Assembly: GCA_047967505.1 (NCBI GenBank)
Contig: CM106538.1
Source of the DNA: Dipteris shenzhenensis
Lineage: Eukaryota
DNA: 64,000 nt
Strand: one strand, 5' to 3'
Below the pieces are notes generated by a model that was not told the DNA's origin, ran no database searches, and was given only the letters and a program-made list of their open reading frames with translations. The position numbers and the translations under genes are program-made. Positions 38,401-47,699 of this stretch are shown piece after piece. Position 1 is the stretch's first letter, and each line of letters opens with the position of its first letter.

Positions 38401-40197
38401 GCTGCCACTTGCTGCATGTCCTGCAGCCCGTAGCTCCCCCCCCCCCCCCCCAAATGGTAGTCCCGGGGGCTCACAGGTGCGTGGCATTGACCTCCAACAC
38501 ACACACACACATGCACATCCACATGCATTGTAGGCAATCCCTACCACATGAACACCTTCATCCTTTATTACTCTTTCTTCTCACTAATCTTCGTGAAGGA
38601 GGAGGGATGTATTTGAATATTAACCTAACATCAGGATAAAAAAGATCCTAAAACGGTTTTTAACTACATGCATTTACAAGTTTTGGTATATTTATTGTCC
38701 GTCAGCAGCAAAACTAGCATTATAAGTTTGTCTGGGGCAACCACGTTGACTTTGGTGTTGCTAAATGGTTCATCTCTCTTTCCTATATGTGTGCAAGGGA
38801 GAGTAGAAGTTTTGTGCCCCCTTTCTCTATTCAAATAACCAGTCATTTGATGTGTGAAATGTAAAGGGAGAGGTCATTTAGTCTAGACTCTAGATGTTGA
38901 GGTTCATTAAAATTTCCAGTCTCATCTTTCACATATCTTTCAGTTGTAATTTTGTAGAGGTCAAATAAATCCATGCTTAAATCTGTTCCCATTTGTGGTC
39001 CTTTCCATGCTTTTTTTACATGCATGATAGCTTTCTTTTGCCATCGGGAAATTTCAAATTGGGTGACACTTGTACACATGTAGATCGTATTGTTTCTTTA
39101 CCAATGCAAATGCTCCCTTGTTAATTTCCAGCACTTAAAGAGAAGGGTAACTCCACCCTTTGTGATTTGAATACAAACGACAGAAGACTAATAAAAATTT
39201 TCAACTTGAACTGGATGTGGATCAGGGATCTTTCTCACAACTTTCTTGCTGGTAGTATTCCCTCAGTCATTGGAAACTTGAGCAATTTGGTTTATCTGTA
39301 AGTATATTCCAGCATCAAATGACAATCCTTTGCAAGGTCACTTAGGATCATCAAATGACAATATTTTGCAAGGTCACTTAAGATTGTGTTCATTCCAATA
39401 TATATAAAAAGATATTGAAGATACTGTTTTTGCTAGACAGTCTTTGGATCTTCATGAACTTATTATTTATGTAAACATACTAACATAATTCATATTTTTG
39501 TACCAAGTACGACTCTAGATTTCACTCCCATGACTGATTGACAATTACATCAAACAGCTGATTTACTTTATAGATGTTCAAAATGCATTCACGTCATGCC
39601 TCTTTGAATCTATGTATATGACCAATCATCCTGATGTTGAAGTAGTTTATTTACATTTTGAATCCATTTAAGACCTTCCATCTTCATTTTGTAATCAGCA
39701 AATGCAATGCATGCAGGAATTTATCGTACAATCAACTAGATGGAGCAGTTCCAACAAATGGAGCGTTTTCAAAGTTTGGAGCAGAATCGTAAGCTTGCTA
39801 TGCCTTTTGTTATGTTATCTTTCGGGAAGCCTTCTTCTGTTAAATTTTCCATGATTATTTTGATTTGATTTTGATTACTTAATCTTCATATCCATACAGA
39901 TTTACCAACTTTGTGTTTTGTTTCTTTTCCACAACTAAAATAACATACATAAAGGAGGGTTTGCTAAAAAGGGGAATCTTCACACTGAGCAAAATCCCCG
40001 CCACAAGGAAGTATTCTTATGCTTATGAAAGTGCAAAGAAGGCCATATTTCCTACAGCTGAGGTGTAATGAAGGGGGAAAAAGAGGCTAAATTAGCGTAC
40101 TCTAGTGGGAATTAGAGGGATGGAGGGACTATATAAGTGCAGGGGCTTTTTGATGTGACATCTAATCTTATCCTTTCTCCTTCCTCCTCCTACACAC

Positions 40198-40255
<58 letters not shown>

Positions 40256-43200
40256 ATACATTTTTTTGTGTGTGGAATCTTTAAGTCATATATTACAAAG
40301 AAGCTATCCCAGAAAGGGAGAGCTATAATACATCAAGAGAAAATCTCACTGTAGGACAAATATACATCATGATCAAAGACACGAGATTGCAGGCAATCAA
40401 AAAGCGATTGCTACAAAGAGTGTCTGAAGAAAGAGAAAATGGAAAAAACAGGATCACCAAAGACCCTATGGTTGCGATCCTTCCAGAGAGTCCAGAGTGC
40501 CCAGTACCGAATCCAAACAAAAAAGAAATCAAACTCCTGTCTAGGTGGATGTACTCCAAAAAGCCAGAAGAACTTGCCAAAAGCAAGCTGAGAAAACCGA
40601 GCTCTCAATATCTGCCCAGGGAAGTCCAAGAAAGAAGTCACGTGACCAAACTTCTTACATTTAAAACATGCACCTACTAACAAGCCCCACTTGAGCTTGT
40701 AAAAAGCACTGCCCCTATCCACCTGATTCACCGTAAGAGTGAGAGTCAGGAGTGGGATGATCAGTATCCCACAAAATGCAAAATCGGTTGGAGTCCCCAT
40801 TTGGCCGCGGAGGGCACACCACCTTACCCAATGATGCTGCACTTTTGGGTAAGAGAGAAGCCAAGCACTGAGGGAAGTCAGCCACTTCCACCCATACTGG
40901 ACAACAATGGCGAATTAAAGCTTGATAATCCTTGGTGGGCGACCAGGGCAAAACATGCACCATCTGCTGCCCATAAAACAAAGGGGAGTGTTCAAGGAGC
41001 ATCTGTTTGTGTAGTTCATCTGTCATAATAACCTCAAAAAACCCCCGAGCAGCATGATGCACCTTTCGAACAAAACAACGACCCAAAGTCCTGGTGAGCC
41101 AATTTCCCACATCTGCTGCAACAGGCATGCGTCCTGGGAAAAATAAATAAATAGCATGCTTGGCGTAATCACGCACGGGATCAACGATGTCATCCACCTC
41201 CACCATGAGCCCAACAGTGGGAGTAGAGTCCTTCCAATCCCGGCGCGTGTCTTCAAAGCCCTCAGGCATAACATCAAAACCCAGTTGAGTCTAAAGAGAG
41301 GCGTGCATCGAGTCATCTTGACCCAAGTCCTGTTTCTACTTGTGCATGTATGCCTTGACTGTTTCCATGGGGAAAAGGAAGGAGTAAAAAGGGAGAAGCT
41401 GAAAGGGAAAAGGGAGCAATCGAGGCAGACAGCGGACAGGCAGGAGCGAATGGAACAGAGGTAATAAATAAAGAAACTGAATGGAAAGGCAGAGAAAAAG
41501 TACGGATGTTCGGCGGGAAGGAGTACTGAGGTACGGAAAACCTTGTACAGACAGAATGCCCTGTACGGAGGTACCTGTACGGACAGAAAACACTGTACTG
41601 CAGGCAGGTGTATAGATGTACGGAGAAATCGGTACAGATGTACGGAAAAGGACATAAAAAGCTGCAATGTGGGCTAGAGTACGGATGTACGAAAAACCTT
41701 GTACGGATATACAGAAGAGCCTGTACGAAAAATTCTGTACGGACGGTAGACCCTGTACGGAACAGAGGTACAGAACAAGCAAAAAAAAGAACAGGAAGAT
41801 GGTGAAGGATCTGTACAGAAAAGGTAGGAGAAAGGGGAAGCTAAAAGAAAAGGGAAAAGAGGCTCCAAAAGGTCGGCTAGCAGCAGCGAGCAAGCTGGAG
41901 AGGCTGTATGGACCTCAGGGCAGCAGCAGAAGGCAGGTCGGGGTCACCAATGAAGGCCAAGGGCTGGAGACGCCATAGCTGGGGCTCTCACACACACACC
42001 ACCCACCTCTCTCTCTCTCTCTCTCTCTCACTCACTCACACACACACACACTTTTTTTTTTTTGGTAAATCTACACACACACACACACACACACATCTCC
42101 TTCCTTCTCCCCCTTTCTTTCTCTACCTTGCCTCATCCAATCGCCTTTCTCTAATCTGCCCCCTACCCCCTTTTTTACATTGGTATCAGTGCATCGCTCT
42201 TGGTACTTGCACTGCATTTTTCCCTCGCCACATTTAAAACTGCAGTTGAGCTCCACCCAAGTTGCCTCGCTGACCATTGCACATTGCTCTACGTCAACCT
42301 GCTGCAAGTTCGTGAAAACATATGTGCAACCGACCAAACGCGGTTGCTACACAATGAGCTGCTTCTACACACTGGTGCCTGATTACCAAACAAACTGGTT
42401 CTGAACTAGCTGAACCACTGCTTCCCCATGAGCTAGATTTGCCTAGTTAACTGGTACGTGTGTGGAGGTTTGAGGTCCTAGTCAAGGAAGAAGCCCTTGC
42501 TACTGACTCTGCACCGAACATGGAAACAGCAACCTCGTTGATTGCTTGCCGACCAGCCCGTTGAGTTTTGCCTGTCGATCGCCTGTCATTGCTGGTCGTC
42601 GCCTTCCTATGAAAAGATTTAGTTATTAGGTTAGTTAATCATAGTTGATTAGGTTAGTAGGTCTAGTTATGTTAGTTAAATTCGGCTAGGTTTAGTTAGG
42701 CTAGTTGGGTTACTTTACTAGGATTAGACTTGGGTTGGGTTAAACTAACTAGGGTGACTCAAGTGCCCTAACAATCTTAGCAATCTTAGGGTAGTGTCCT
42801 AGGTGACAAGACCCCACCCCACCCAAAAAAAAGGAAAGACACAACCCTTTTTTAGGGCCTTCCGTAGCACCTTTTCCATTTTGTAGCCTCCTCATTGAGC
42901 TCTCTCTCAAACCTCTCCATCGACATTTCCTGTGTTTTGCACACAACATTTTTACAGGCCTTTTTCAGGGCCATTCACAGCCTTGTTTGGACTCATTTGG
43001 GCTCCATTTTGCAACCTCTTCATTGACCTTTCGTTTGAGCCTCTCCATCGACATTTCATGTGTTTTGCACACAGTATCATGTGCTTCTATTTGTCTCAGG
43101 ATGTGATTGGATGAAATCCATGGGGGTGTTTAGTATTGACATGAATGCCATGATTCTCTGCTTTGCACGTAAGCACAAAGGTGTATTGCAAGGCTTGACA

Positions 43201-43926
43201 GCCCCAAAAGCGCATATCATTTAAGTAAGATAGTTGGCTGCCATTTATGCATTGAATGTGTCATTGACTCATATAGGTTGCATTCCCCAGGTGGAGGAGG
43301 ATATGGAAATACAGTAGCTGCTCTCAGATTTTGCTGATATATTTGCTGATATGCCACTCATAGCACTTCTCCCTTTCCTCCTCAGTGCTGCTTGTGAAAT
43401 GGTTCATACCGCATGTACATTGATTACAGGGATCTCAACAAGGCTACTATAAAAAAAGATTTAAATTCAAACAAAAGCTCATTGAGCATGTCAAACAAGT
43501 GCGGAAAATTTAAGGTTGTGTTGGCTTTACGCAAAAACCAGAAAATGTGCTTTTATGGTAGAAGAAGTTGAATACTTGGAAGAGCATCTGCTAGGGAGTC
43601 GTGTGAGTATTTGATATTTGTAAGCTTTCTTGATTGAATACATTTTGACTTGTGTGGTCTACGAATTGGAATTCTCTTTCTCTTTACTTTCTCTGCTACT
43701 ATCCGATTATTGCATGCAAGTATATTCTCCATTTTCCAATAATTTTGAGGCAAAAATCTATGGGAAGGGATTGTTGTAATGAAGGGGGGGAAAGGTGCTA
43801 CATTAGAGTACTCTAGTGAAATTAGAGGGAAATGTGGAAGGACTATATAAGTGCACATCCACCAATCATGTAGGGACTTTGTGATGTAAATTCAATCTAT
43901 TCTATCTCCTTTTTCCTCCTATGTGC

Positions 43927-43968
<42 letters not shown>

Positions 43969-44696
43969 CTACCTCTGTCTCTCCGACCCCATCTCCTTCC
44001 TTCTCCCCCCCTCTGTCTCTCCCTTCTGCTTTCCACCCTATCGTCTTTTTCTACATAAGGCTTCATCCCTACCTACTCTATGATTGCATTACACACATAA
44101 CGATCTGTGTGCTAAGTTGTTTAAAAGATTGCTCTTATCTTCCACTAATTTGGCACTTTATTGTAAGAGTGGGACCATAGCAAGGGACACAACTATCTGC
44201 TATGTGATGAATTGGGACCCTAAAAATTGTTGAATTTTCATGAATTTGAAAGGGTGTTTGTTTTGTTTGGGAGGTTATGAATGTGGATAGAGTATATCTA
44301 AGTTCCATGAGTAAATTAAGATATCATTGGATCAAGGCAAGGAACATGCTTTTGCATAGCTTTAGATGAGATACATAGAAAAATAATGGGTTCTAGCTAT
44401 GTTTCTTATTTTTATTACCTCATTTTACATCTCACTAGATTCTTATTACTAGTCTTGGCTACGATGTGGATTGATCTTATGCTTAGCTTTTGTATATTAC
44501 ATAGTAGTATTTAATATGTTAGCTCCTTAGATAAGGAAGTGTCAATTGACTTTCGTGGCATTGTTTTGACTACTTCTCTTGATGTATAGGTTCTTGGGAA
44601 ATCTTCAATTGTGTGGGAGTCATGGCTTTCTTCCTTGTCAACCTCCTCCTATGGATACAAGGGCATTACCCCTGAATTTTCCAGCTAGAGTGCAAG
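26952..44696 (+). CDS. LRR receptor-like kinase (FEI-like, LRR-XIIIa-type), 5' part: 9 exons; TM/kinase exons not found in window
   Basis: Join 26952-27033, 27215-27350, 29293-29364, 29487-29558, 29663-29734, 29899-29970, 39226-39297, 39717-39788, 44590-44696. All introns are GT-AG, phases are consistent and there are no stops. The product is a signal peptide, an LRR N-cap (WN.SD..PCNWTGIWC), six 24-aa LRRs and an FLGNLQLCG cap. The subfamily is inferred from exon layout. Confidence 0.92.
27215..27350 (+). CDS. LRR-RLK exon 2 (LRR N-terminal cap)
   Basis: ASLLAFKAAVIDSRAVLADWNPSDTFPCNWTGIWCDARSKKVVS; 136 bp, CAG|...|GTAAGT. Confidence 0.95.
28150..29180 (+). mobile_element. Heavily degraded Ty3/Gypsy remnant in intron 2
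   Basis: Zinc-knuckle-like CFKCGK (about 28470), RT-like IDLTSGYHKI (about 28700) and RNase H-like IAFERRKL...NYHVYDQQMLVILHAFKGWHH (about 29050-29160). Confidence 0.75.
29293..29364 (+). CDS. LRR-RLK exon 3 (LRR1)
   Basis: 72 bp, DLAGSNLSGVLAPDLGGLTKLHRL, TTTTGCAG|...|GTAAGC. Confidence 0.95.
29487..29558 (+). CDS. LRR-RLK exon 4 (LRR2)
   Basis: 72 bp, YLQYNNFHGNVPQELANCTRMRIL, CTCCAG|...|GTAAGA. Confidence 0.95.
29663..29734 (+). CDS. LRR-RLK exon 5 (LRR3)
   Basis: 72 bp, SLHHNNLSGSLPSQFGSYGLLQAL, GCACAG|...|GTAAGC. Confidence 0.95.
29899..29970 (+). CDS. LRR-RLK exon 6 (LRR4)
   Basis: 72 bp, YLQNNGFTGSIPLNFGNLPSLITL, TGACAG|...|GTAAGT. Confidence 0.95.
30338..36648 (+). mobile_element. 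Non-autonomous Gypsy-like LTR element (gag and protease remnants only) in intron 6
   Basis: LTRs at 30338-31019 and 35980-~36648 (TGTCA start), PBS TGGTATCAGAGC at 31021, PPT AGAAGGGGA at 35971, imperfect TSD GATTT/GATAT. Gag remnant (WMEFVKDLRSWFLPP), CCHC knuckle (about 32270) and protease-like DVILGARW; no RT or integrase seen. Confidence 0.88.
33363..35940 (-). mobile_element. Young non-autonomous LTR element (TRIM/LARD-like) nested in the previous element
   Basis: 321-bp LTRs at 33363-33683 and 35620-35940 with about 3 differences seen. TSD CCCCC on both sides, PBS (reverse complement TGGTATTAGAGC, 35608-35619) abutting the LTR, PPT (reverse complement AGGGGAGG) at 33684. No pol motifs recognised. 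Confidence 0.93.
37780..38633 (-). mobile_element. LTR-like fragment with an internal ~98-bp tandem duplication
   Basis: TATA-like TTTATAAA at about 38275, a tandem duplicate at 37985-38183 and a TG-starting minus-strand end at 38633. No TSD confirmed. Confidence 0.4.
39226..39297 (+). CDS. LRR-RLK exon 7 (LRR5)
   Basis: 72 bp, DLSHNFLAGSIPSVIGNLSNLVYL, ATCAG|...|GTAAGT. Confidence 0.95.
39717..39788 (+). CDS. LRR-RLK exon 8 (LRR6)
   Basis: 72 bp, NLSYNQLDGAVPTNGAFSKFGAES, TGCAG|...|GTAAGC. Confidence 0.95.
40064..44055 (+). mobile_element. Old non-autonomous LTR element in intron 8; 5' LTR split by a LINE derivative
   Basis: LTRs start TGTAATGAAGGGGG at 40064 and 43775 and end TACA at 42179 and 44055. 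PBS TGGTATCAGTGC at 42181, PPT GGGAAGGGA at 43762, TSD TGAGG/TAAGG. Confidence 0.85.
40261..41990 (-). mobile_element. Internally deleted L1 derivative: ORF1 fused to the ORF2 C-terminal tail (HAL1-like)
   Basis: ORF1 starts at ATG 41368 (two TAG stops) with DUF4283-like ARGFF..., PWSP and CPVWV motifs and a knuckle CFKCKKFGH. It runs directly into an ORF2-end motif WALWTLWKDRNHRVF. Short A tail (T7 at 40261 on +); inserted in a (CT)n(CA)n tract. Confidence 0.85.
44590..44696 (+). CDS. LRR-RLK exon 9 (LRR C-cap and Pro-rich linker)
   Basis: FLGNLQLCGSHGFLPCQPPPMDTRALPLNFPARVQ, acceptor TATAG|. The donor AAG|GTTGAG is less certain. Confidence 0.85.
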
Positions 44697-44893
44697 GTTG
44701 AGCCCTTTGAAACTTGCGTCTTTCTCTATTCGAGTTTCAGTTCTTATTCCATGAAGCAAAATAAGTTGGATATCTATAGACGTGAAGAAGGATATATTTT
44801 TGCAGCCTAAAGAAGGGAATTAATTTTTTGAGTTTGTTTTATAGGGGGAGAGTGAGAAAGGAATTTGTATCTTGTTTGTGAAAGGCCACGAGT

Positions 44894-44952
<59 letters not shown>

Positions 44953-44954
<2 letters not shown>

Positions 44955-45514
44955 GTAATAACATCTTTGGAAGGCCTCACGGGTCTATGAGACAAAATAC
45001 AATCAAGAATCTACCCCACTATGTCTTGGGGCCAACTCAAAGGCATAGAAGTCGTTGACGTGTCACTGTGCTCGATTTGTCTCCTGTGGCACTATCACCT
45101 CCTGCTGTGTGATATGCTACCGTAAGGTCTCTCTTTGTCGCTGCATCTCCATCAAATAGAGGACACTACAGACCTGGTCAGGGAAGTGGATCAGTTGGGA
45201 CAGTGGCCCAAACTCATGTCTCTCCTGAAAGAGAGAGTGGTATTGTCTTCGGATCTCATAGTAGGCGGATAGGAAGTGCTCTTCTGTTTCCACCTCTACC
45301 AGTGTGCAAAACTTGCAAAGCCACTACTCTCTAGACTCATGAGGATGCGGTAGCTCCATGTTGGCACAATGGTGTTGCTACGCCAAGCAATGGGGAAGCT
45401 GTGGCATACTGCATACTTGAACATCTGTGCCAAGATCAGAGCTAAAATCTCATGCCTATGTGCAAAGTGTAGTAGAATGTTATCTCCAGAACCTAGCTTG
45501 TCCCAAAGCTCGCT

Positions 45515-45559
<45 letters not shown>

Positions 45560-46860
45560 TGATTAGTAAGTCTTGGCCAATGGTCTGACCAATTGTGAGG
45601 GTGTGGTACTTTCCGATGTCCATGGGATCCCCTACTTTGTGTGTTGGCACAAATGGTGTTGGTACTCCAAGCTGGGGGGAAGTCGTGGCATATAGCATAC
45701 TTGAACATTTGCACTTTAAGTTGGGCCAAGACCTTCTGTCCATGTGCAAAATGCCTATTCCGCAACGCCTCATGGTCCTGGGCTCTTCGGTTGTGGAGCC
45801 AACTCAGTGCAGCTCACACATTTTTTGTAGTGAACAAGATGGATGTGGCGGGCTTGCACAAAGAGGACATATTAGGTGGTGCATGGATCAGAGACCTCGA
45901 AGAGGGATTCCGCATGTGTGTGCTAGATATCCGGATTTATGATGGGATAGGTGAATTTCCCTCTAGAGAATCCCCCATGCAACAGTTGGGTCACCTCCTT
46001 GAAAAGATTGAATCACCTCATCATAGTTCCTAGGAGTTTTGGAAACGGGGAAACAAAAACAGGCAGGAAACGGTGTTTTTTTGTTTCGGCCACCCAAAGA
46101 AACGGAGTTTCGGATTTTAAGGTTAATAAAAAATATAATATATATATATATAATTATTATCAATACATATGTCATACAACAAGGCCTGAGAGGACAATAA
46201 GGAGGAGAGGAGAGGGCAAGGGCTGAGGAGAGCAAGGAGAAGAGGGCAAGGGCTGAGGAGAGCAAGGAGGAGAGGAGAGGAGAGCAAGGAGAGGTTGGAG
46301 AGGAGAGCAAGGGGGAGAGGAGATGGCAAGGAGGAGAAGAGAGGAGAGCAAGGAGGAGAGGCTGGAGAGGAGACCAAGGAGGGGTAGCGGGCTGAAAGGA
46401 GGGCTGTAGAATGAAAGGAGAGCAAGAGGAGAGGCTGGACAGGGACATGAAAAACTGCCTTACCCTCCAAGGGAGTTCTTACTTGATGGTTGAGGCGGGT
46501 GTGTGAGCTCAACCCCGGAGGCACTGCAAACCAAAAAAAAAACTGCCCTATCCAAAACACCGTTTCAGGTTTCAGAAATGGCGAACCGTTTCGGGTGCCC
46601 TAAAACGGCGTTTGTGGGCATTATGCACCTCATCCATTCTATTCGAGATCAAACCCTTCCTCTAAGGTGTGTGAGACGACGTGAGGTTTGTTGTGCCTCG
46701 GGCGTCGTCAGATGTCCCAAAGCTCGCTCTCGTATGAGGTGAGATCTCATCTCTTTGCACTCATCATCAAACCATGGGTTCTGTGGCATCTTCCTAGTAG
46801 GGGAAACCATGGGTTCTGTGGCATCTTCCTAGTAGGAGGGCATGTTGCGGATTGAGTCAT
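44953..46860 (-). mobile_element. Deleted RTE-X-like LINE remnant
   Basis: The minus strand encodes PWFDDECKE (46751-46777) and a C-terminal LCKFCTLVEVETEEHFL..AYYEIRRQYH (about 45240-45325). The 3' end abuts a (GT)n(GA)n tract. The clade is inferred. Confidence 0.65.
46022..46625. mobile_element. Non-autonomous hAT element (MITE-like), 604 bp
   Basis: 8-bp TSD CACCTCAT at 46014-46021 and 46626-46633; imperfect short TIRs CATAGTTCC / GGCATTATG; subterminal AAACGG/CCGTTT motifs at both ends. Confidence 0.9.
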
Positions 46861-47699
46861 GGGTATTGACCTGGGGTGGCATCTTAAACCACTGATACAA
46901 GAGTGTCCAAGGCATGGGCGAGGTGTGACTATAATGCGTGCAATGTTGTTCCATAAACATCATGTTTCTCAAGCAAGATGGGCAATTATGCCTCCTCTCA
47001 AGCAATCATTCATGATGGACTTGATCTCCATTGGCCAAGTTGCTATGGGTGGCGCTGTTCATGATTTGTCTCACAAAATACCTTGCCACACGTACATTAG
47101 AACAAAAACAGCAAATGATCTATTCCCAAACATAACATGGACCAAATATTTCACCCTAAAGGCCCTAGCCCAAGGAATCTCTCTCCTTCAAAACCCTTTC
47201 ACCTGAAGCCACCCTTGGTTTAATGCAAAGTGCTCAACCTTCTCACAACAACACAGTTGATGCACGTCTGATGCATGGATCTTTATCAAGATCTCATTTG
47301 GGCGTCTTTATTCACAATAGGTTCCCTCATTTTTTTTTTCCTCCAAAGTTTTATGCATTCTCTTGGATTGCAAGTTGTTTACCGGATCATTTGATTCATA
47401 GTACTTAAGTACAACCCCTGTTGCTAGGTTGGTCTTCAGGCTTAATGTTTGTGCACATGCCCTTGAACTTTGCGAGCAACAACCCTTCCTTGAGGAGTGA
47501 AACATAAGTTCCACTATCATAATGCTTCATTCCCAGCACCCTCTCCTTAAGACATTCAAGGTTGGCTCTTCTACTCGACATGCTTTCTCCATTCCTCCAT
47601 TCCATGAGGCTAGATTTTATGGAGAGGCATCCTTCCTCTCCATTGTAGCAGGGTCCAATTTGGCATACTGCCATGAGTCATATCAGGAAGAAGCAATGG

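Noticed and set aside
45963-46560. Ser/Leu/Pro-rich minus-strand ORFs
   Set aside because: Translation of the GGAGAG repeat core of the hAT MITE.
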